A stretch of DNA of 64,000 nt, taken from Parasphingopyxis sp. GTDB taxonomy: Bacteria; Pseudomonadota; Alphaproteobacteria; Sphingomonadales; Sphingomonadaceae. Under the pieces are notes generated by a model. It saw nothing but the letters and a program-made list of their open reading frames with translations. It did not search any database and was not told the DNA's origin. Both the position numbers and the translations under genes were made by a program. The DNA lies in contig NZ_JBQLZN010000056.1 of NCBI RefSeq assembly GCF_052168295.1, positions 758-64,757 of the forward strand. The letters run 5' to 3'. Shown one piece after another: positions 28,880 through 38,268 of the stretch (the first letter of the stretch is position 1; every line of letters starts with the position of its first letter).

Positions 28880-30423
28880 GACGCCGCAACCAGTTTTTGT
28901 GTAACCGGATGGGCCGGCGCGGCAATGATCTGCTGCGCCGGCCCTTCTTCGACGATTGCGCCGGCATCCATCACGGCGATCCGATGGCAGAGGCGCCGCG
29001 CCACTGCGAGATCGTGGGTAATGAAAAGAAGCGCAAGATCGCGCTCATTCTGGAGCTTTTCGAGCAGGTCGAGCACGCGGCCCGCAACGAGCACATCGAG
29101 CGCCGAGGTCGCCTCGTCCAGCAGCAGCATTTCGGGCTCGACGGCGAGGGCGCGCGCAATCGCGACGCGCTGCGCCTGACCGCCCGATAGCTCGCGCGGG
29201 AAACGGTCGGCGAAATCCGCGGGCAGGTCGACCTCCTGGAGCAGCTGTTTCACCGTGCCTGCGCGCCCCCATTCCGCAAGATCGGGCCGTAGATGTTTGA
29301 GTGGCTCGGCGATGATGTGGGATACGCGCCATTGCGGATCGAGACTCGCCACCGGGTCCTGAAAGACCGGTTGGATCAACCGGCGATGGCTCGCGGTCAT
29401 GCGCTTGCGCTCGGGCAGCGGCTCGCTCCGCCACGTGACGCTGCCAGCGTCGATCGGGCCGATCCGCGCGATGGCGCGCGCCAGGGTCGATTTGCCCGAA
29501 CCCGATCCGCCGACCAGGGCCAGCGCTTCGCCTTCGGCAATCGACAGGTTCGCGTCGCTGACAGCTTGCACCCGGCCTTTGCGCCAGCCGGGACGCGCAA
29601 ACGATACATCGATGGCGGTGGCGGCCAGCAAGGGCGCGCCGGTTTCCGGCAAATCGGGCGGCGGATCGGAAAGTTTCGGCGTGGCGGCGACCAATGCCCT
29701 TCCATAGTCGCTGCGGGGCGTTGCGAGGATATCCACGGCCGGGCCGCTTTCCGCCACCCGGCCATCGCGCAGCATTACCACGGTATCGGCATGGTCGGCG
29801 ACGGCCGCCAGATCATGGCTCACCAGCAGCAGCGCCATGCCCTGCTCGCGCCGCAGTGTGTCCAGCAGCGCCATGATCTCGGCCCGCAGGCTGGCGTCGA
29901 GCGCGCTCGTCGGTTCGTCGGCGATCAGCAGTTTCGGGCGATGCGCGACGGCCATGGCGATGAGCGCGCGCTGTCGCTGCCCGCCAGAAAGCCGGTGCGG
30001 AAACTGATCGAGACGGTCTTCGGGGGCATCGAGGCCGACACGTCCCAGCGCCGCAATCATATCGGCGCGCGATGGCGCCGCCGCGCCGCCGCGCGCCCAG
30101 CTTTCCGCAAGTTGCGCACCGATGGTGAGATGCGGGGTGAGCGCGGTCAGCGGGTGCTGGAAGACGAACCCGACGTCGCGGCCGCGGATTGTCCGTACTA
30201 CGTCCGGGTCTGCGCCGATAAGCTCGACGCCATCGAGGCGGGCCGAGCCGCTGGGTATCGCCGGCGATAGGCCGAACGGCGCAAGGCACGTCTGGCTTTT
30301 GCCCGATCCCGACGCGCCGACCAGCGCGACGCACTGACCCGCTTCGACCGTGAAAGAGACATCGTCGACGATAACTTTGTCACCGATTCGCGCACTCAGG
30401 CCGTTCACTGCGTAAAGGCTCAT
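28876..30423 (-). CDS. Dipeptide/oligopeptide ABC transporter ATP-binding protein (fused double NBD)
   Basis: Two Walker A motifs (GASGSGKS, GGSGSGKS) and two signatures (LSGGQRQR, LSGGQAQR). Start ATG at 30423. Confidence 0.9.
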   Translation of the reverse strand: MSLYAVNGLSARIGDKVIVDDVSFTVEAGQCVALVGASGSGKSQTCLAPFGLSPAIPSGSARLDGVELIGADPDVVRTIRGRDVGFVFQHPLTALTPHLTIGAQLAESWARGGAAAPSRADMIAALGRVGLDAPEDRLDQFPHRLSGGQRQRALIAMAVAHRPKLLIADEPTSALDASLRAEIMALLDTLRREQGMALLLVSHDLAAVADHADTVVMLRDGRVAESGPAVDILATPRSDYGRALVAATPKLSDPPPDLPETGAPLLAATAIDVSFARPGWRKGRVQAVSDANLSIAEGEALALVGGSGSGKSTLARAIARIGPIDAGSVTWRSEPLPERKRMTASHRRLIQPVFQDPVASLDPQWRVSHIIAEPLKHLRPDLAEWGRAGTVKQLLQEVDLPADFADRFPRELSGGQAQRVAIARALAVEPEMLLLDEATSALDVLVAGRVLDLLEKLQNERDLALLFITHDLAVARRLCHRIAVMDAGAIVEEGPAQQIIAAPAHPVTQKLVAAS

Positions 30424-31211
30424 TGCGAGAGCCTGTCGCGCAGCCGCTCGCCCGCGATGGTGAGGCAGACGATGACCAGCACTAGCACGCCGCCAGGAAT
30501 CAGCAGCGCGTGCGGCTGGATATCCATATCGTCGGCGCCTTCCTTGACGAGGATTCCGAGCGAGGTCAGCGGCTCCTGCACGCCCAAACCCAGAAAGGAG
30601 AGGAAGCTCTCGACCATCACGACCTGCGGCACGGTGAGCAGCAGATAGGCGAGCGCCACGCCCGCGACATTGGGCAGGATATGGCCGGTCAGGATACGGC
30701 TCGGCGGTGCGCCGGCCGCTTCCGCCGCCGTCACGAACGGCCGCTGTTTGAGCGCGATGACCTGCCCGCGCACGACGCGCGCCATCGTCAGCCATTCGAC
30801 CGCGCCGATGCCGATGAAAACCAGCACGATATTGCGGCCGAAGACCACCATCAGCAGGATCACGACGAACATGAAGGGCAGAGCGTAGAGCCCGTCGACG
30901 ATTCGCATCATGATCTCGTCGGTGCGTCCGCCGACCCAGCCGGCGATCGCGCCCCAGGCCGTGCCAATGACGAGCGCGACGAGCGCGGCGGCGAGCGCCA
31001 CGGCCAGCGTGATCCGCGTGCCGACCAGCGTGCGGGCGAGCAGGTCTCGGCCGACAGAGTCGGTGCCGAAGAGATGGCCGGGCGAAAAGAGCGGCGCACG
31101 GACCGCGTCCCAGTCGATCGCGCTGTGCGTCCATGGCAGGAAGGGCGGCACGAACAGCGCGGCGAGCGCGATGATGGCGACGATGCCGAGCGAGATGCGC
31201 GACGCCGTCAT
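30420..31211 (-). CDS. Oligopeptide ABC permease (OppC/DppC type)
   Basis: HLFGTDSVGRDLLAR and the EAA loop FVTAAEAAGA...HILPN. Confidence 0.9.
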   Translation of the reverse strand: MTASRISLGIVAIIALAALFVPPFLPWTHSAIDWDAVRAPLFSPGHLFGTDSVGRDLLARTLVGTRITLAVALAAALVALVIGTAWGAIAGWVGGRTDEIMMRIVDGLYALPFMFVVILLMVVFGRNIVLVFIGIGAVEWLTMARVVRGQVIALKQRPFVTAAEAAGAPPSRILTGHILPNVAGVALAYLLLTVPQVVMVESFLSFLGLGVQEPLTSLGILVKEGADDMDIQPHALLIPGGVLVLVIVCLTIAGERLRDRLSQ

Positions 31212-32131
31212 TCCGCCCGCATCCGCGGATCGAGCCAGCCGTAGATCAGGTCGGCCACGAGATTGAACAGGATGATGAGGCCCGCATAGAGCGTCACCAC
31301 GCCGAGCACGAGCGGATAGTCCCGGTTAAGCGCGCCCTGCACGAAGTAGCGGCCGAGGCCGGGCAGCGCGAAGACGGTTTCGATGATCACCGCGCCGGTG
31401 AGCAGGCCCGCCGCTGCCGGACCCAGATAGCTGGCGACGGGCACCAAGGCGGGCCGCAGGGCGTGGCGCGCGATCACCTGTCGCTCGGCAAGGCCGCGGG
31501 CCCGGGCCGTGCGCACATGATCCTCGTTGAGCGCCCTGGCGAGCCCCGCGCGGGTCAGCTTGGCAATAGCACCGGCGAAGGGCAGGGAAAGCGCCACGAC
31601 GGGCAGCACGAGATGCGACGGGCTACCCGGCTCCCAGCCCGATACCGGCAGCCAGCCGAGACCCAGCGCGAAGATCAACACGAAAAGCGGTCCGGTGACG
31701 AAGACGGGCAGGGCGGTCAGGAGGGTCGCCAGCCCCATGATCACCTCGTCCTGCCAGCGCCCGGCGCGCACGGCGGCCCACAGTCCGCCGCCGATACCGA
31801 GCGCGCAGGCCAAGAGCAGCGCGAGGCCGCCGATCGTCAGCGAAACGGGCAAGCCTTGCGCGATGAGTTCGCTCACGGTGAAGTCCCGATAGACGAGGCT
31901 GGGCCCGAAATCGCCGCGGATCAGCCGGCCAAGATACAGCGCGATCTGTTCGCCGAGCGGGAGGTCCAGCCCATAGGCGGCGTCCAGCGCGGCGCGCGTG
32001 TCTTCGTCGAGCGCGCGCTCGCCATCGAACGGGCCGCCCGGTGCAAGGCGCATTAGCACGAAAGACAGGATCACGACGCCGAGCAGCGTCGGGATCGCGG
32101 TGGCCAGCCGTCTAAGGAGAAGGGCGCCCAC
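31208..32131 (-). CDS. Oligopeptide ABC permease (OppB/DppB type)
   Basis: LAPGGPF, GDFGPS, HVRTARARGL and NRDYPLV motifs. Confidence 0.9.
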   Translation of the reverse strand: MGALLLRRLATAIPTLLGVVILSFVLMRLAPGGPFDGERALDEDTRAALDAAYGLDLPLGEQIALYLGRLIRGDFGPSLVYRDFTVSELIAQGLPVSLTIGGLALLLACALGIGGGLWAAVRAGRWQDEVIMGLATLLTALPVFVTGPLFVLIFALGLGWLPVSGWEPGSPSHLVLPVVALSLPFAGAIAKLTRAGLARALNEDHVRTARARGLAERQVIARHALRPALVPVASYLGPAAAGLLTGAVIIETVFALPGLGRYFVQGALNRDYPLVLGVVTLYAGLIILFNLVADLIYGWLDPRMRAE

Positions 32132-32157
32132 CGCGTGTCCGCCCCGCCGCTATCGCC

Positions 32158-32571
32158 TTATTGCGGCGTAGAGACCGTCGCTTCGGGGGCGTCGCCCTCG
32201 GGCGCGTTCAGGATATCGCGCGTCGTCGAGCCATAATCGACGGCCTGGGTGTCCGGATCGCCGACCGTGCTCCGGATGCCGGCACTGGCCGATTCCGGAT
32301 CGGCCTGGTTGACGAGCGCCGCTTCGGCCGCGCTGCGCGGCGCGGGGCCGCCGAACATCGCCTGCAGCGCCTGGGTGCTCGAATCGGCGCCGCGGGCGGC
32401 CGGTTCGCCGGGGCGCGGCGGGGTCAGGTTGAAATCGGGCGGGATTACGAGCGGTGCGGAGCGCGATACGAGGAATTCGTCGGGCCGGTCCCGCCCGCCG
32501 CCGAAAATGCTGCAGGCCGAAAGGGTTGCCCCCATCACCACGAGGCTCGTCGCCACCATCACTTTACGCAT
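32158..32571 (-). CDS. DUF3035 family lipoprotein
   Basis: Lipobox LSAC and PDEF.V...APLVIPPDFNL.PP.PG. Confidence 0.85.
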   Translation of the reverse strand: MRKVMVATSLVVMGATLSACSIFGGGRDRPDEFLVSRSAPLVIPPDFNLTPPRPGEPAARGADSSTQALQAMFGGPAPRSAAEAALVNQADPESASAGIRSTVGDPDTQAVDYGSTTRDILNAPEGDAPEATVSTPQ

Positions 32572-33086
32572 TACTCTGTCTCCGCCGGTTCAGGCGTGTC
32601 GCGTAGCAGAAAAGCCCGCAACACCAAAATCACGACCCCGATGGTAATCGACGCATCGGCGACATTGAAGACCAAAAAGGGCTGGAAGTCTCCAAAATGC
32701 AGATCGATGAAATCCGCGACATAGCCGAAGCGGATGCGATCCACGATATTGCCGAGCGCCCCGCCCAGCACCATGCCGAGCGCGAATACGTCCCAGCCGC
32801 GTTTTTCGCGCCAGATCCAGATCGCGACGCCCAGCGATATCGCGGCGGTCAGCGCCACGAGCATCCAGCGCTGGCCATCGGAGGTGGCGGCCAGCATGCC
32901 GAGCGATACGCCGCGATTTTCGACCCAGGTGAAGTTGAGGATCGTCAGCAGCTCGATCTGCCCGCGCTGGGGCAACTGGAGCAGGGTGATGATCCAGTAT
33001 TTCGATATCTGATCGACGACGAAGATGGTCGCGGCGAGCAGATAGCCGAGCATCGTGCTGCGGCGTAAGCCCTTGGTTTCGCTCAT
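32571..33086 (-). CDS. lspA: Lipoprotein signal peptidase II
   Basis: DQISK, N.GVS.G, GGALGNIVDR and VFNVAD motifs. Confidence 0.96.
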   Translation of the reverse strand: MSETKGLRRSTMLGYLLAATIFVVDQISKYWIITLLQLPQRGQIELLTILNFTWVENRGVSLGMLAATSDGQRWMLVALTAAISLGVAIWIWREKRGWDVFALGMVLGGALGNIVDRIRFGYVADFIDLHFGDFQPFLVFNVADASITIGVVILVLRAFLLRDTPEPAETE

Positions 33087-33137
33087 GCCGCGACCGTCCG
33101 GTTTACACTGGTTGACACTGGTCCGGGGTAAAGCGCG

Positions 33138-36100
33138 CTATGCACCGATCACCTCCGCACAGCGATCGCACAGCGCCCCGTCCACCGAGACGTCAGGCAG
33201 ATGGCGCCAGCAGCGGCCGCATTTGTGATAGTCGGTCTTCTTTACCGACACTGAGATACCGCGCGGGCCATCGCTGTCTGCCGCTTTACGCGTCTCAAAA
33301 ACAGACGATTTCACTTCAGCCGTTATCGAGATTTCGGCTAAATCGACGTCTTGAATCCGACGCATCAACAATGGGTTGCCCAAATCTACTTCCAGTTCAG
33401 CTTCCAAGCTTGAACGAATTGTCTTCTCCCGGCGAAGTGGCTCGATCGCTTCGTTTATTGTGTCGCGGACAAGTCTCACATCTGACCACTTCTTCGATAG
33501 CTCATCATCGGCCCATGCCGCATCGATCTCCGGCCATTCCTCCAGATGCACCGATCCGGCGTCCGGATAGCGGGTCTGCCACACCTCTTCCGCCGTGAAG
33601 CAGAGGACCGGCGAGGCATAGCGCACCAGCGCGTGGAACAGGGTGTCGAGCACCGTGCGGTACGCCTGCCGTTTCGCTGACCCCGCTGGCAGGGATTCTC
33701 CAACATCGCAATAGAGGCAGTCCTTGCGGATATCGAAGAAGAAGGCGGACAGGTCCTCGTTCGCAAAATCGGTGAGCGCGCGGACATAGCGGTTGAAGGC
33801 GTAGTCGTTCACCGCGTCCTTCAGCGTCGCATCCAACTCGGTGAGCAGGTGGAGCACATAGCGCTCCAGCTCGGGCATATCGGCAACGGCCACACGCTCG
33901 CTCTCGTCGAAATCCGAAAGCGCGCCGAGCATGTAGCGAAAACTGTTCCGCAGCTTGCGGTACATGTCGGTGACGCCCTTGAGGATTTCCGGGCCGATCC
34001 GGTGATCCTCGGTGAAATCGACGGTCGACGCCCAAAGGCGCAGGATATCGGCGCCGTTGACGTCCATGATCTTCTGCGGATCGAGCGTGTTGCCGAGGCT
34101 CTTCGACATCTTCTTGCCGTTGGCGTCGAGCGTCATGCCATGGGTCAGCACTTCCTTGTAGGGCGCCCGCCCGCGCGTGCCGCAGCTCTCGAGCAGGCTC
34201 GACTGGAACCAGCCGCGATGCTGGTCCGAACCTTCGAGATAGAGATCGGCAGGGGATTCAAGATCCGGCCAGTTATCGCTTTCGAGCACGAAGGCATGGG
34301 TCGAGCCGCTGTCGAACCAGACATCGAGAATGTCGGTCACGACCTCATAATCCTCGAGATCGTGGCGATTGCCGAGCAGCGCCTGGTGATCGGCGGCGAA
34401 CCAGGCATCGGCCCCACCTTCGCGCACCGCCTCGACGATGCGGTTATTGACCTCGGCGTCGTTCAGATAATTGCCGGCTTTATCCACGTAGAGCGTGATC
34501 GGCACGCCCCAGGCGCGCTGGCGCGAGAGCACCCAGTCGGGCCGCCCTTCGACCATCGAGCGCAACCGCTTATGCCCGCGTTCCGGGATGAAACGGGTCT
34601 TGTCGATTTCGGACAGGGCGATTTCGCGCAGCGTCGGTCCGATGCCCTTGGCATGGCCCAAATCCTCATCCGTTAGCCCTGGTGTGCGGGCCGCCAAGCC
34701 CCCGGCTTGGCTATCGGTTGCTGGGGGCAACCGATACCCGCTCACTGTCGAAGGGCGTTCTTCGGCCGAGAGACGTGCTTCGACAGGCTCAGCACTAACG
34801 GGTGTGGCGGGATCGATGTCCAACGCCTCATCCATCCGCACAAACCATTGCGGCGTGCAGCGATAGACGACCTTGGCTTTGGAGCGCCAGCTATGCGGAT
34901 AGCTGTGCTCGAAATCGTCGGACGCCGAGAGCAGCGCCCCGGCCTCGCGCAGGTCTGCGCAGATCGGGCCTTCGGCCGAATTGAACCGCTTGTTGATGAC
35001 GCTGCCCGCCCGCTCGTCGCCGCGCGGCAGCCAGAGCCAGTCCTCGCGATAGACGCCGTCATCGTCGACCGCGAAGACCGGGTCGATGCCATGCTCCTTG
35101 CACGCGAAGAAATCCTCCTCGCCATGATCGGGCGCCATATGGACAAGGCCGGTGCCGGCCTCGGTCGTCACATGGTCGGCCGCGATAAAGGGGCGAGGGG
35201 CGGCGAAAAAACCGCCGAGATGATGCATGGGATGGCGGGCGATGGTGCCGGCGAGCTCGGAGCCTTTGAACGACGCAAGGACTTTCAAGCCAACACGCTC
35301 GCCAGCCTGAACATCGCGCTCCAATCTATCTGTAACCGATTTTCGGAGAGCTTCAGCCACCAGCAGCCGTTTGGCCTCAATCGCTACCTTGCTGTGGTGT
35401 TTCAGAACTGAGTCCAATGAAGCATCACCGCCGACCGTCGCACCGAGCTGCACCTCGACAAGAGAGTACTCAACATCCTCGCCAAACGCGATCGCCTGGT
35501 TGACCGGGATCGTCCAGGGTGTCGTCGTCCAGATGACGGCATGCGTGCCGACCAGCTCGTCGATCGGGCTTTCGATGATCTCGAACGCGACATCGATCTG
35601 CGTACTTGTGATATCGGCATATTCGACTTCGGCTTCGGCGAGCGCCGTCTTTTCGACCGGGCTCCACATCACCGGCTTCGCGCCGCGATAGAGCTGGCCG
35701 CTTTCCGCGAATTTCAGGAACTCCGCGACGATCACCGCTTCGGCGTCGAAATCCATTGTCAGATACGGCTTGTCCCATTCGCCGAGCACGCCGAGCCGCT
35801 TGAATTCCTCGCGCTGCACATTGACCCAATGGTCGGCATAATCGCGGCATTCCTTGCGGAACTCCTCGGTGGGTACGTCGTCTTTCGACCGCTTTTTCTT
35901 GCGATACTGTTCCTCGATCTTCCATTCGATCGGCAGGCCGTGGCAATCCCAGCCCGGCACATAGGGCGCGTCCTTGCCGAGCAGCGACTGGCTGCGCACG
36001 ACGAGGTCCTTGAGGATCTTGTTGAGCGAATGGCCGATATGGATAGTGCCGTTCGCATAGGGCGGCCCGTCATGCAGGATGAACTTCTCGCGGCCTTTCC

Positions 36101-36242
36101 GAGCCTTCCGAAGCTTGCCGTACAGGTCCTGCTCTTCCCAGCGCGCGAGGATGCCGGGCTCTTTCTGGGCGAGCCCCGCCTTCATCGGGAAGTCGGTCTT
36201 CGGCAGGAAAACCGTGTCTTTATAGTCGGGCTGTTCGGACAT
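33138..36242 (-). CDS. ileS: Isoleucine--tRNA ligase (bacterial type 1) carrying internal insertions
   Basis: HIGH, GWDCHGLP, WTTTPWT, KMSKS and the C-terminal CGRCW..CDRC zinc finger. 1034 aa. Confidence 0.97.
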   Translation of the reverse strand: MSEQPDYKDTVFLPKTDFPMKAGLAQKEPGILARWEEQDLYGKLRKARKGREKFILHDGPPYANGTIHIGHSLNKILKDLVVRSQSLLGKDAPYVPGWDCHGLPIEWKIEEQYRKKKRSKDDVPTEEFRKECRDYADHWVNVQREEFKRLGVLGEWDKPYLTMDFDAEAVIVAEFLKFAESGQLYRGAKPVMWSPVEKTALAEAEVEYADITSTQIDVAFEIIESPIDELVGTHAVIWTTTPWTIPVNQAIAFGEDVEYSLVEVQLGATVGGDASLDSVLKHHSKVAIEAKRLLVAEALRKSVTDRLERDVQAGERVGLKVLASFKGSELAGTIARHPMHHLGGFFAAPRPFIAADHVTTEAGTGLVHMAPDHGEEDFFACKEHGIDPVFAVDDDGVYREDWLWLPRGDERAGSVINKRFNSAEGPICADLREAGALLSASDDFEHSYPHSWRSKAKVVYRCTPQWFVRMDEALDIDPATPVSAEPVEARLSAEERPSTVSGYRLPPATDSQAGGLAARTPGLTDEDLGHAKGIGPTLREIALSEIDKTRFIPERGHKRLRSMVEGRPDWVLSRQRAWGVPITLYVDKAGNYLNDAEVNNRIVEAVREGGADAWFAADHQALLGNRHDLEDYEVVTDILDVWFDSGSTHAFVLESDNWPDLESPADLYLEGSDQHRGWFQSSLLESCGTRGRAPYKEVLTHGMTLDANGKKMSKSLGNTLDPQKIMDVNGADILRLWASTVDFTEDHRIGPEILKGVTDMYRKLRNSFRYMLGALSDFDESERVAVADMPELERYVLHLLTELDATLKDAVNDYAFNRYVRALTDFANEDLSAFFFDIRKDCLYCDVGESLPAGSAKRQAYRTVLDTLFHALVRYASPVLCFTAEEVWQTRYPDAGSVHLEEWPEIDAAWADDELSKKWSDVRLVRDTINEAIEPLRREKTIRSSLEAELEVDLGNPLLMRRIQDVDLAEISITAEVKSSVFETRKAADSDGPRGISVSVKKTDYHKCGRCWRHLPDVSVDGALCDRCAEVIGA
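34694..34802. repeat. Cluster of three palindromic elements inside ileS (two perfect hairpins plus a REP-like element)
   Basis: CCAAGCC-CCC-GGCTTGG (34694-34710). ATCGGTTGC-TGGGG-GCAACCGAT (34713-34735). REP-like arms ccgctcactgtcgaagggc ... gtgcttcgacaggctcagcactaacgg (34738-34802). Confidence 0.75.
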
Positions 36243-36302
36243 TTGGGGCGATGTAAGGGGGAAGGGCGGGGGCGTCTAGCGGGAAATCGCGCCTTTCGGC
36301 GG

Positions 36303-37271
36303 TCACGACCGGATCGATGGCCCCATGGTGTCGATATCGGCGAGCCAGAGAAGTCCACGAAAGTCCTGCGGCACATCGGTGATCTCGTCGAACGTTGCGA
36401 GCGGGGTCGGCACGCGATCGCCGTCATTGGCGCGCACGATCATCGGTCGGACGTTGGCTGCGTGCATGCGGGCGTTAAACCGGTTGGGCCAACCCCAGAT
36501 CATCCATTGGCGTGTAACTGGGATCGAGATGAAGCCGCCCCTGCATTCCTCGGGCACGCGGCCGAGCCAGCCGATGCGGATATAGCGGTCGTAACAGGCT
36601 TCGGCGGCCGGGACGTCCAGAATATCGGCCTGGGGGAAGCGCGCGGCGATCCGTTCGAGCAGTTCGGGCGCGCCGATCACGATCACATCCTCGCGCATGT
36701 CCATGCCGGCAAGCGCATATTCGGCTGCCAGCATGTCTGCCTGCTCGGGATCGTCTTCGGCGAAATGATAGATGATGCCGCCGTCGCCCGCCTGGTCCAA
36801 CATGGTCGCGACACTCGGCATCAGGCCGACGCCGCGCCCGCGCAGCGCAAAATTTTCGCCGTCATGGGTCAGACCGTAGCCGATATCGAGCTGCTCAAGC
36901 TCTTCGAGGGTGCGATCGGACACCGGGCCCGTGCCGTCGGTGCGGCAATCGAGCGTTTCGTCGCCGAACAGCACGAGACGGCCGTCTGCCGTAGGCCGCA
37001 CCATGACCTCGACAAAGCTTGCGCGGCGCGATCGGGCATAGTTGATGCCGACAACGCTGTTGGCGATAAAACTGTGCGGCTGAAGCGGCGCGATCCGCGC
37101 ACTGGGACAGGGCGTATCGGCATCGATCTCGCCGGGCTTTTGATAGATGCCGCCCTTCGCCACGAGATCGAGCCGGCCCTGAGGCTGGCCCGCGAGCCAC
37201 GATGCGTTGAACAGGCTGAATCCGGCCAGCAAGATTGCGACGACGATAAGAGCGATGTTGAGGACTCTCAT
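36303..37271 (-). CDS. Glycerophosphodiester phosphodiesterase-like protein, catalytic residues degenerate
   Basis: GDPD scaffold (T.DG.LV.F.D.TLDCRT, LDIGYG), but AKGG, EVMV and FGD occur where AHRG, E.DV and FHD are expected. N-terminal TM anchor. Confidence 0.75.
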   Translation of the reverse strand: MRVLNIALIVVAILLAGFSLFNASWLAGQPQGRLDLVAKGGIYQKPGEIDADTPCPSARIAPLQPHSFIANSVVGINYARSRRASFVEVMVRPTADGRLVLFGDETLDCRTDGTGPVSDRTLEELEQLDIGYGLTHDGENFALRGRGVGLMPSVATMLDQAGDGGIIYHFAEDDPEQADMLAAEYALAGMDMREDVIVIGAPELLERIAARFPQADILDVPAAEACYDRYIRIGWLGRVPEECRGGFISIPVTRQWMIWGWPNRFNARMHAANVRPMIVRANDGDRVPTPLATFDEITDVPQDFRGLLWLADIDTMGPSIRS

Positions 37272-37278
37272 CCGCCGA

Positions 37279-38214
37279 TCACAACACGTGCCGCGTCAGG
37301 CGGCGTTCGGCTTCGGCGCAATCCTCGGCCATTTGCGCCTTGAGCGCGTCGAGCGTGTCGAACTTCGCCTCGTCGCGGATGAAGCTCACCAGCTCGACTG
37401 CGATGGTTTCGCCATAGAGGTCGCCGTCAAAATCGAAGAAATGCGGTTCGAGCAGTTCGACGGGCGGATCGAAGCTCGGCCGGATGCCGAGATTGGCCGC
37501 GCCGTTCAGCAGGCGCCCGTCCGGCAGGCGGCCGCGCACCGCGTAAATCCCGTATTTGGGGCGGATATAGCTGCCGAGCCGGATGTTGGCGGTCGGATAA
37601 CCGAGTTCGCGGCCGTTCTTCGCGCCATGCTCGACCATGCCTTCGATGGTGAAAGGCCGGGTGAGCAGATGTGTCGCCGTCTCGCAATCCCCGGCCTTCA
37701 GCGCCTCGCGGATGCGGCTCGACGAAATGATCGCCTCGCCCTCGTTCACCGGCGCGGCGATCTCGGTGAAGAAACCGTGGCTTTTCGCAAACTCGGCGAG
37801 CATCACGACATCGCCCTTGCGGCCCTTGCCGAACACGAAATCGTTGCCGGTTACGACGCCAGCGACGCCGAAGCGGTCGAGCAATATGTCCTCGATGAAG
37901 CTTTCCGCCGCGGTCCCGGCCAGCTCGTCGCCGAATTCGAAGACCATCATCGCGTCCGCGCCCGCCTCACCGAACAGCGCCTCGCGCTGGTCGAGCGTCG
38001 TCAGGCGGAAAGGCGGGGCGTCGGGCTGGAAATGCCGGACCGGGTGCGGATCGAAGGTGGCGACGATAACGGGGCGCTTGTCGTCATGCGCATGATGCAC
38101 GGCGCGGCCGACGACCGCCTGGTGCCCCCGGTGAAAGCCGTCGAAATTGCCGAGCGCGATAACGCCGCCCCGTAGATCTTCGGGCACCGTATCGCGGTGG
38201 AAAAGCCGCTGCAT
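37279..38214 (-). CDS. ribF: Bifunctional riboflavin kinase / FAD synthetase
   Basis: GNFDGFHRGH, TFDPHP, ISSSRIR, GRELGYPTAN and LEPHFFDF.GDLYG motifs. Confidence 0.96.
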   Translation of the reverse strand: MQRLFHRDTVPEDLRGGVIALGNFDGFHRGHQAVVGRAVHHAHDDKRPVIVATFDPHPVRHFQPDAPPFRLTTLDQREALFGEAGADAMMVFEFGDELAGTAAESFIEDILLDRFGVAGVVTGNDFVFGKGRKGDVVMLAEFAKSHGFFTEIAAPVNEGEAIISSSRIREALKAGDCETATHLLTRPFTIEGMVEHGAKNGRELGYPTANIRLGSYIRPKYGIYAVRGRLPDGRLLNGAANLGIRPSFDPPVELLEPHFFDFDGDLYGETIAVELVSFIRDEAKFDTLDALKAQMAEDCAEAERRLTRHVL

Positions 38215-38268
38215 GGCAAGGCCTATAGGCGGGGCGGCCCGGGGCGGCAATGCGCCGTTGCCGTGCGA

